A DNA stretch of 63,429 nucleotides from Atractiella rhizophila (Eukaryota), in NCBI GenBank assembly GCA_021432655.1, contig MU271416.1, positions 1-63,429 on the forward strand, given 5' to 3'. Each line of letters begins with the position of its first letter. The first letter of the stretch is position 1. The position numbers and the translations under genes were made by a program. The notes beneath the pieces are model-generated. The model saw nothing but the letters and a program-made list of their open reading frames with translations. It did not search any database and was not told the DNA's origin. Below, piece by piece: positions 42,906 through 53,638 of the stretch.

Positions 42906-43164
42906 TGCCCAGTTTGTTGAGGATATGCATTTCGTGGGATGATGTTTGTTGTGCCATAACTTATCCGTATCAGTATATAGGTACAATGGTAAATCGCAAT
43001 AAGTAGCTACACCCTTATGTGCAATTAATGAGTAGGGACAGATCTTTCCACTTCACTCATCCCCCCTTGGACAAAGGTATATCTACAGACTGTTTTCTAC
43101 TGGGTGTCATGCTCATGAGCAATTGATTAAAAAGAAGTGGCGCCGATCCAATCAGCTTTTGAAT

Positions 43165-44849
43165 TTAATGTCTCTTGAACATGTCCAATGAATTGAACTT
43201 TTGGCCAGTGGGCGGCGCTTGTCCTGGGGTCTGAGCGCCACTCCAGGCGCTATTTCGCTTGGGAGAGATGGAGCCGTTCGTCTTGCTGTTCATGCGTCGA
43301 GCCTTTACTCCTTGACGGAGCATCTCCAGAACCTCGACCGTCTTGGCCCAGGAGAGGCATGCTACAGAGAAACAAGTGTGAGCTTGTTTGAGAAAGCGCA
43401 TAACGAAGCAAGACATACAATCAGTCACACTCACTCCATATTTCAATCCTTCAGGTCCCTCCTGAGGGATGCTCTGCTTGCCTTCATTGAGGTTTGATTC
43501 GATCATCACACCAACGATGTTCTTCGCTGTTCCAGAACCATCAGGATCAGAGAGTTGCTTCATGATATCCTCAGCGACGATAGACTGATTGCGGTAGTCC
43601 TTCTTAGAGTTGCCATGTGAGCAGTCTGTATCCATCTCTCAGGTTATGTTATGGCATGGAATGGAGCTATGACGAACCGATCATGATTTTTGGGGTAAGC
43701 TGGGCCTTTTCCAGCTCCCCAGCTACCTTCTTCACAAATTCCTTTTCATAGTTTGGTCCACTATTACTGCCTCGAAGAATGATATGCGTTGAAGGATTGC
43801 CAGTCGTCTCAAAGATGGCGCTCAATCCCTGTTTTGTGACAGAGAGGAAGACGTGTTCGGAACTCGCAGCCCGAATAGCATCAATAGCGATCGATACGGA
43901 TCCATCAGTGCCGTTCTTGAATCCTACTGGTGCTGAAAGGGCAGAAGCCAGTTCCCGATGCACTTGTGACTCCGTTGCTGGAAAGAAGAATGAGATAATT
44001 GTTAAACGGTTGAGAAAAAACAGACTTCGAGCTCCGATCGCGCCCCATGAGACGAGATCGGCCGTATATTGTGGGCTGATAACATCGAGGAATTCACAAG
44101 CGGTGGGGAGACCACTTGAAACCTGAATCCACGAATTCAGATGGGAATGATGCTGCAACAGATGGTCCTCACGATTTCTAGGAGGAGAGCTCGAGCTAAA
44201 CGTAGACCTGTGTTGATATTGAAAGATCCATCAAGGTGAGGGTCGTTAATCAGCCCTTTCCATCCTACTGTAGTCCGCGGCTGAACAGCTCGATATTGGT
44301 ATTTGTCACAGATCATAGAGAAAAAAGCGGACCTTTTCGAAATATACTCTGTTAACCTGTTAGCGTATTGATATACGGTGAAATGAGAGAGAATCTCACC
44401 TCATCAGGATATGCAAATCGCCTCTCGCCTCTGTAGCATATTGTCGTAATTTTTCGGCTATGGTGCAATGCTCAGCGTAGGACTGAAGCACAGCACGACA
44501 ACATACCATATTCCAAAGCAGCTTTTACATCGTGCACAGAACAAGGTCCAACAACCTGTTTGGACACTTTACCACCGCAACCTAGCAGAATACCTTGAGG
44601 AAATCCACATACCACAAACAACCGATCATCATTCCCATTCAAGATGTCCTCAACTCCCTTCCGTCCTTTTGCTACAGTCTGAATAGCGTTAATATTCGCA
44701 GGGTATTCCTCCATGAGGATCTGGGGTGGAAGCAGAGGACGGTAGCCTTTGATTCTCGTGTCGTCCATCATGTTGAGTCCCAGCCCATTCGGGAGGGTGA
44801 AGTAGCTGCCTCCAGCCGCATTGTCCACTACGGGTGTCATTGGTGCCAT
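43165..44849 (-). CDS. ARO3: Class I DAHP synthase, probably Phe-inhibited type
   Basis: [68 protein letters not shown] has Ser at the position distinguishing yeast Aro3 (Ser) from Aro4 (Gly). Confidence 0.88.
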
Positions 44850-45335
44850 GCTGGTCAAAAAATTCTCTAAGCTATGGAGGAGGAACGTGAGTGCTCGCTG
44901 TTTTTTTGATACTGTTACCCAAAGTTGATCGAGAATCTACGATTACTCGACCAATCTTTGCTTTTTCGGGGATTTAGTTCAGCTTTGTACTTCTTTTGTT
45001 GGTAATAATTAGCTTCTGCTTCCTTGGTGCTTCAACTTTGTACTTTTGAAAACATGGTCCCTCGAGGAGAACGGGGAGAGGTCGAATGATTTCATGGTAT
45101 TAATCCATCCATTTGCAAAATCTGCTGGACGATACGGGGTATTTACTTAGGTAAGCTAATACTAAAGAGCCAGCAGGGATAGGTAGAGTCGTGAATTGCG
45201 ATCTATCGGGCATGCATACGGTTGCGTAGGGAGTGGGAGTAAGATAAATAATGATAACTGCGAAATAGTTCTACCCATTGCTGATCATCAGCCTCATCTT
45301 GTCACACCAAAAAAGTGACGCTGACAGACTCACCA

Positions 45336-46780
45336 TCACTTTTGAAACAATTTCAGCGCGCCTTCATAGACGTAAAACATGACGACAGCATTTGGTATCA
45401 CCCTCATGAGATGCGCGCTCATCCCCCCATAGAAAGCCACTACACCCTCTTCCATGGCTATCACGCGGAAAGTTTGCCACAATCCCTTATACTTCAATTC
45501 CCCATTGACCGGTGGAGCCTGACGGAGTCGGGTGCGGACAACCTATTAGGATCAACATCACGATCAGCATTCCAGAGCATGTTAGAGAACACGCACCTCA
45601 TGAGGATAAGTAATAGCAGTGGCGATAAGCTTCGCCCCTCCACTAGCCAACATCTGCTGAATGGTGCCCACTTCCTTCCTATCCTTCCTCCCCAACCGTT
45701 TAAACTGCTCATAAAGCGTCCACTGCAGCGTTCCCTCCGCACAGCCAAGATACGAAGCTGACAGACCGCGATAGTACCCTTTGATACCTTCATTTTTCAA
45801 GATCTGACGGATGACGATTAGAGAGGTTGTTTTTTGGGGGATGGCTGCTGTAGAGTAGGCGTTTGCGGTTCGTATCGAAGAGGTCGAAGAAACGAGACGC
45901 GAAGACGTCGACGTTGTTGATGATGACGAGGAGGAAGAAGAAACATGTGATGTCGATGGTTTAGCGGCTGACGACTCTCGCTGGGCATTCTCCAACTGCA
46001 GTCGAGTCTTCACCACCCATATCGGGTTCGTGAATGTAGCGGTCGCAAGGCCAGCCGTGAATCCAGCGAGGAGATGGATCGCCGGATTCTCTTTGCCGTC
46101 GTTGAGGTAATGTGCGTAGATTTGTTTGCCGTTCCCGTATGTGAAAAAGTTTATCGAACTGCCTTCCTGCCGTGAGTCCAGCAGAATGTAAGAGGAGAGA
46201 TGGGAACGAACCGGGCGGGCACTACGCCGACTAATGTTGGACCCAAACCTTTGAAGAGTGCACGGGGTCCTTCGTATTTGTAGATATCCCTGCAAACATC
46301 TCATGAATTCGATCCATTCAGGGAGAGATCAAGCGAAAGACAGTGACGAGAGCATCAGCATTATGCTTGGATATCTTCTGGTAACATCCTTGCTCTGGAA
46401 ATTGGAAACAACCGAGTGACAAAGTAGAGGAGACAAGCGTACCTAAGGATCCCTCCTGTCTCCCTAAAATGCATCCAGGCCCTACCGATTCCATTCCGAC
46501 TTGCACCAACAACCTCCTTCCCCTTTCCCTTCAAATCCCTCTTTCCTCCACTACCATCATACAAATCGCTCTGTAACCGCGTCTTGACCAAATCAAAAGG
46601 AGCAGTAGCTATGGCTCCGCACATTCCACCCGTCCTGCAACACAACACACAGAGGGTAAGTGATCAGCGAATCTGAAAGATTGCAAGGCAAAGAGAGGCT
46701 CACCCGCCTGCGACGAAGTGGACCCATGACTGGGCAGGGAAGAAAGATATGGACTTCGAAGAGGAGGCTGGACTGGACAT
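45336..46780 (-). CDS. RIM2: Mitochondrial pyrimidine nucleotide carrier (Rim2/SLC25A33/36)
   Basis: SWVHFVAGG, TAPFDLVKTRLQSD, INFFTYGNGK, TNPIWVVKTRLQL, GLSASYLG, TYPHEV. Confidence 0.9.
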
Positions 46781-47622
46781 AGCTATGCACCGTGATAAGA
46801 TAAATCTGACTATTACTAACTATTACTGGTGCAGGAACGACGGCAAAGGACGCGTGAGTTGGTAGAAAGTGGGAGAAATTTTTGCGAATGCGATGTGTTC
46901 GGCGTTCGCCTTTGGTTCGTCGTGTACGCTGGACGAGTGTGGGATTGATGCAACATTGCATATTGATGGATGGTTGACGGTGTTTACAACGCAGAGTATC
47001 TTAATAGATGAAGGGGCTGTTACATTTGGCATTGACGCTGTGAGCACTCTAGTACCAAATCAGTAAAGAGGATAGTAGAAGTGATGAATCTCTTGCATGC
47101 TAAACAAAATGTTTGAGTGGCATCAAATCAGTCCTTGCGTATAGGGAACACTGTTGCTCAAGAGCTGCAGACTGCTCTTATCATCTACTTTTGATGTTTG
47201 TGCTGACCTCTTTGACCGGCTTGCTGCTGCCTGCGTCATGCCGAAGCTCCTTGTATTGTGCTGATTTACTCTTCGCCCCCTGTCAAGTTCAGTTTGGGGA
47301 CTTGGTACAGTTTGGGACGGTTTAGGGAACCGTCCCAAATCGTCCCATCATGTAGGCTTTTTGAAGCTGTCCTGGAGGTTTGGGATTTCTGGTGTGGGGT
47401 AGACTGTTGAGATTACTCTTGACCTTCAAGGAAGCTGGTTGTTGATGGGCCTGTTTGTTCCAGCCCTAAAGGTAGCTCAAACATCACAATGGGTTCTAGA
47501 AGAGTATAAAGGCATACATTTTCCTCCTTTGGACTGAGCTGTTTATACTAAGCTTTGAACATCGCAGGGAGAGGGAGCTGTTAGGGCTGACACTATGTGC
47601 GGTCGCCGATGGACGATGCGTC

Positions 47623-47882
47623 TGTAGTGGAGGTAAACCTAAGAGAATACTCTGAGGTCACCTCCACTACTCTCAGATCTATATATACAAGCGGAATAAC
47701 ACTGCCACAGAGCGTAGATGAGAGCAGATGAAACATGTAAGAGAATTAAAAAGGGGAATTGACAGTGGGATTACGCGGAGTTAATAAGAAGAAGATAGGC
47801 ACAATTAGGCTAAGTGGTGATGTAGGTGCAAATGGGCGAACGGGTGACCGGGCGCCGAATTGCGTAAGACGCAAAGCTGACA
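47623..47882 (-). repeat. 3' LTR (260 bp, TG..CA)
   Basis: tgtagtggaggtaaacc...gcaaagctgaca, abutting the PPT (acacccccc on +). Confidence 0.75.
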
Positions 47883-50800
47883 ACACCCCCCAGTTTCCGT
47901 GGTGCTTGCTGCAGGCGGAAACTTCTGCTTCGTGAGGTTTGCCTATTTGCCAAAAATGCCAAAAGTGCAAGGCACCGCTTGAAAGGAGATGAAATCGTTG
48001 GAGTAAAGAGACATTATGTACTTTGTAATTTGAGGAATTTGTTCGAAGTTGACCAGGTGTTGTTTTGGTATAATAAGTGTCCATCCTGTGAAAACGGACT
48101 GGACAACTCACCAACAAACCGGTCGCCTAGACCTACGTTCAACAATGTGACTAGGGATTCACCCAGCGAGGCGTGCAGAGGAGTAGGACCTCTTAATGTG
48201 AGGGGGAGGGGACCTCGCAATTGAGGGCAATTTTCGTAAATGTGACATTGGTGATGGTGCGAGAACGCAATGAGCATTTGTCTTTGACGGGCGACGAATG
48301 GACTCACCAACGACCATGTCGCCGACTTGCCCGTTGAGGAGCAAGTCGGCACCTTGCCTTGACCTAAGTATCAAAGACTAGGATTTCACCAGGCAAGGCA
48401 TATGGGGTGTTGGACCCCTTAAGGTGAGGAAGCTGCTTCAGCACGTTTTCGTCAAAGGTTACGAAAATGCGCATTTGAGTGATTTTTGGCGGAGTTTGGG
48501 ATGGAATCGGGACGAACTGCAAGAGGGTGTGCAGTGTAATAGTCTTTTATAGCATCTTGTGAATTTTCTAGCCCTGCGATGTTGATCCACTCGTCCTCAG
48601 ATGGTGAATACCCTTTGTATCGAACGCGATATTTGAAAACTCTATTTCGGGTACCAAATCATTTTCTATCAACAATTTTTTCCACTTCCCATTCTTCAAT
48701 TCCATTCACCAAATCCGGAGGTGGTTTGGGCAACTGGACTCTGCCCGGGATGTCGTCTTCGTCGACTTTTCGTATTAGGCCCACATGGAACACTGGATGT
48801 ATCTTCCATGAGGATGGTAACTCGAGTTTAAGGTGGAGGGGACCCAAACTTGCAAAACGCGAAAGGGCCATGCCATTTGTCGTCCAACTTTTTGACAGGT
48901 CTCGTCGATTTGATGTTTTTCGCGCACAACCAGACGAAATCGCCGACATGATATTCGGGCGCCGGTGCGCGTTTTCTGTCATAATGTTTTGCCATGAGAT
49001 CTGCTGCTTGCTCGAGTGCCGCTTGTGCTTCCCGGTCAGCGATTTGTATCTTTTCTACGAATTGCGCCGCCGCGGGAACGTCCTCGTCGGAGATGGGTTC
49101 AAAGGCCATGTGTGGATGTTGACCGCAATCGAGAGAAAATGGAGTTACGCCCGTCGCCGAACTGATACGATTGTTGAGCGCAAATTTTGCGTTGGGAAGT
49201 CCTTCCACCCAATTATCTTGGAGGTGATTGCAGAAAATGCACAAATATTGTTCAACTTCTTGGTTCATACGATCAGTCTGATCATCACTTTATGGGTGGT
49301 AGGCTGTCGATGGTGAACCCTTGATACCTAATAGGCGAAAAAGTGCGGATGTGAATTTGGACACAAACTCTTTGCCTCAATCGAAAATTGCGACATCAAA
49401 AGTCCATGTAACTTCCATATGTGATCGCGAAAAAGTCTTGCAAGGCCTTCTGCATCCATCGTCGAATGGGTGGGGATGAGATGGGTGCGTTTTGAGAGTC
49501 TGTCTACTATGACGAAAATCATGTTGAATCCCCCAGATTCTAGGAGTGGTCCAACCAAGTCCATGCTGACAATTTGCCATCGACGCGTGGGAATGTCATT
49601 TGGTTGCAAAAACCCGACAGGTGGGGAAGGAAAGTTTTTTGTTCTATGGCAAGTGTGACAGGCGCCGACATAGCGGCGAACATAATGCGCCAAACCTGGC
49701 CACCAGTAGTACCTTCTTACGAGAGCCGTCGTCGATTTTACGCCTGGATGACCGGCGATTTGCAAATCGTGCAGGTCTTGCAAAATCGAGCGGTGAATTT
49801 CGTCATTGCGGGGAATGTAGAGTTTTCCGTGAAAATAGACAGCGCCATCGACTTCTTGCCACTCCTGTCGGCGAATCGGGTCGACTGGTTCGTCTAGGAT
49901 CTCTCTCTCAAGGCCTTGACTACTTGTTCTTCTCGTTCGGGTACCTTTTTCACACGTTCGAGTATACTCAACTCCGACATTGTGTTGTGAGCGCAACTGC
50001 GCTCCCAGTTGCGTTGATCGTGATACGATCTGTGTTGAAAAAACGTTCTGGGAGTAATACTACGTCAAAGTTGTCGCAAGTCGCCGGTTTGTGATCCGGT
50101 CGCCGACTGAGCGCATCTGGTTTTGCGGAGTTCCGCCCAGGACGGTGTAAAAGAGTGAAGTTGAAGGATGCAAGTTCAGTGATCCAACGTGCCTGTCGGC
50201 GATTCAACTTCTGCGGCATTCTGAAATACTCAAGATTTTTGTAATCGGTTAAGATCAGAAGTGGCTCATCAGTACCTTGAAGAAGGTGTCTCCATTCTTG
50301 CAGTCCCCGCATAATCGCGAGCATTTCTTTGTCGTAGGTGTCATAGTTCCTCTGGGCAGAGTCGAGCGATTTTGACATGAAACCGAGAGGATGAAACTTC
50401 CCATCAGGCTTCATTTGCGACAAAACGGCGCCTGTCGCGAAATTTGATGCGTCGACTTCGAGCAAAAACCGTCCTACTTGTTCGGGATGCGCCAAGATGG
50501 GCGCCGAAGTCATGAGCTGTTTCAAAGCGGCGAACGAACGTTGTTCGTCTATCCCCCAGACCCAGGAAACCTCCTTTTTGGTTAGTTCATATAAAGGTCT
50601 TGCGATGTGACTAAATCTGTCGCAAAAGCGGCGATAGAAATTAGCGAAACCAAGGAACATTTGGACTTCCTTCATGTTTTTTTGGTTCCGGCCAATCCAT
50701 CACTCCTGCAAATTTCACTGGATCCGGTTCGATCCCTCTGCTGGAAATGATCAAGCCTAGATACTCCACCTCCTCTTGACACCAAATGCATTTCTGCAAA

Positions 50801-52866
50801 TTTACGTAAAGTCCATTTTCGCGCAAAATTTGACAAACTTGTCGAACACGTTCCCAATGTTCTTCTTCAGTCTCTGTCGCAATGAGGATGTCGTCGATGT
50901 ATATGAAGATGAACACAGCGGCGATCATCGCGCGAAAAATAGAGTTCAGGAAAGCCTGAAAAGTCGCCGGTGAGTTGCAGAGACCAAAATACATCACCAA
51001 TGGTTCGAAAAGTCCGCAATTTGTGCGAAACGCCGCTTTGTGCTCGTCTCCTTCTTTGATGCGAACGTTGTTGAAACCTTTTCTCAGGTCAATCTTGCCA
51101 AAAAATTTCTTACCAGAGACCATGGAGAAGAGGTCAGCTTGGATAGGGAGTGGATTTTTGTCCTTGATTGTGGCTGCATTCAACTTACGATAGTCGAAAA
51201 GGGGACGAAGTTCGGGTGAGTCTTTTTTGTGTGTAAAAAAGACGGAAGCGCCATGTTCACCTGTGCTAGGACGTATACGAACGGCGCTCAGTTCAGCGTC
51301 AATGAATTGGTCGAGCGCCGCTTGTTCGTCTCTTTTCAAGGGGTAGACGGGACCAGCATATGGTTGAGCTTCCGGTTTGAGGTTGATGGCATGGTCCCAA
51401 GGTTGTCGAGGAGGAAGCGAGGTTTTGAATTTTTCGTGGTCGAAAATGTGTGCAAAATCGGCGATTTGCGTCGGTATTTCGACAACGCTTTTTGGTCTCA
51501 TCGCCGCTGCGTCTTTCGCCAGTTTCTGCGATTTTGTCATGGCGGCACGTATTGAGGCAGAGACGATGGAAGTTGGTCATGTGTGGTAGACACATCAACC
51601 GCGTTGCAACTGGTGGGGCAACGAGAGAACTCAACTTTCCCTGACGCCCAGTTAATCTCTGGGTTGTGGTGCCTCGGCCAGTCATGACCCGGAATCATGT
51701 CAACTGTCCCCAACTCCGCCACAGCGAATTGCCAAACTTTGTGATGGGCGGCGATCGAAATGGGTAAATAAGCGACTGAATGGATGGAACCCCCCTGATT
51801 GAGGGATCCGTCGATATTGTAAACGGGCGCCGGAGAAGGGAGTTGAATGACAGGTAGGTTGTATTCGGAAACAAGTTTTGGGGAAATAAAAGAAGTGGTG
51901 GCCCCACTGTCAACGAGCGCCGACGTGGCGTGTCGGCAGTGGGAATGTGGATGATGGAATGCAATTCTGAGCTTCGTCTTCGAACTGACAAGGGATGTTG
52001 TTGTCGAGTGTAAATGGACTTTGTCATACATTTTTGCGACTTCTGCGCATCTTTGTTTCCAGGAGGGAAAACATAATTTTGGGAATAGGGAGTCTCCCTC
52101 AGACGAGGGGAATACTGTGCCGGGCGGCGTTTTGTTGGAAGTGATTTTAGATGACGTAAATGAATTGCAAGTTGGCGATGGGGACACTTCTTTCACCCAC
52201 CGCTGTCCTAAAAAGCCTCTTCTAGATCTTTTGATTGGGTAACACTCGTTTTCGGCGACTGGTTGGCGTTTTACGCAAATTGTCGCTCTTGGTCCATCAT
52301 CTTTGAATCAAAATATTCTCCTTGAGCTCGGAGATATTGTTCTTTGCTCATAGTCGTTCTACACACTCTTTCCCAGTGCCCTATCTTCTGACATCGTCTG
52401 CAACGGTGAGGCCTAGATTTTGTCGCATCGACTTCCATGTCATCACGGTCTTTGGCTCTGTGAGCGTGTGTAGCGGCGTTTGGTGACAGATCGGCGACCG
52501 TTGGCAAAGTGGCACTCGGTGGATACAATACGGGTGTTCTGCTTTCTCTGTGTTTTGTTGATTTTGAACTGTCTCTCCTTGCAGAAAACATATTCTGGGG
52601 TCCGTCTTTCGCTGATGGGATGTTTCGAAAGAAGGTTGAATGTGCAGATTCTTCTGCATCAATTCGTCGAGATTTTTCTTTCCAGTCTTATAGTGATTTT
52701 AGGAACTCTCCTTGGGTTACTTTGAGATGTAGGGCAGGATTGAGTCCTCGTTTGAAGAAGAAAATAAGAGCTTCATCAGGCCAAACACTATGTGCGGTCA
52801 CCGATGGGCGATGCGTCTGTAGTGGAGGTAAACCTAAGAGGATAGTATGGCATGAGAAGACTAACC

Positions 52867-53388
52867 TGTAGTGGAGGTAAACCTAAGAGAATACTCTGAG
52901 GTCACCACCACTACATCTTAATGTATATATACATATGTAAAGGCACTGCCATAAACTGTAACATACGTTTCTTGAAACATGTAAGATAGCTAGATCAGGA
53001 AAGCAATAAAGGGAATACTCGGAAATAAGACATACTGAGCAGTACAAGTGAGAAAGGATAATAAGGCAATAATGGCGACGGTGCAGACCGGCGAAATGTA
53101 TAAGGTTTGCTGAGCGGCGATTCGTGTGAGATGGGGCAAGGCGGCGGTCAGCGCGAACGTGAGCAAAGCGGCGACAGGTAGGCACATGATCCTACGACGT
53201 ACTAAAGTAGGTCACGTGACATCAAATGGTGCATTTCGGTAATGCGTAGGAGCAAGCCTGACATTCATGTAGAACACAAACGGGCAAACAGGCACCGATT
53301 TGCGGGGAATTTGCAGGGAACGCAAATGCGCGATGGGAGACGCAATCCGGCGAACGGGTACCAATTTGTGTAAGATGCAAACCTGACA
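52867..53388 (-). repeat. 5' LTR (about 520 bp, TG..CA)
   Basis: Same termini as the 3' LTR (tgtagtggaggtaaacc...gcaaacctgaca); interior diverged and longer. Confidence 0.7.
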
Positions 53389-53638
53389 GCCTAACACTGA
53401 CTTGCTTCAACTTTTCTGGATTATGGAGGCATGTATCCTGCCTCTTATACCTGTACATCACATCACATCCTTAGAAGTGGCATATTGTAGCAAGATTCCT
53501 CCACTGTCTACAGCATATACAATGATGAAACATGAATGGATTGCCAGAGATCCCTTGATGCACAGAGTTTGAATTGAAATATTCGTTTCCCTTATGTTAG
53601 CTTGTTTAGTTTGCCTGAAGCTTTACCCCTATAGAAGA

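Larger units (their letters stand above)
47623..53388 (-). mobile_element. Degenerate Ty3/Gypsy chromovirus LTR retrotransposon
   Basis: Order gag (FKRGLN, CRRCQKIGHWERVC) - protease (LVDSGAT) - RT (IDLRKGF, YIDDILI) - RNase H (EVDAS, DKEMLAI) - integrase (GHPG, CHTC, MDLVGPL) - chromodomain (EWEVEKIV..YKGY..DEW); frameshifts and stops; PPT GGGGGGTGT before the 3' LTR. Confidence 0.93.

Noticed and set aside
48579..49316. 245-aa plus-strand ORF and similar ORFs over pol
   Set aside because: Antisense to integrase and chromodomain; no independent motifs.
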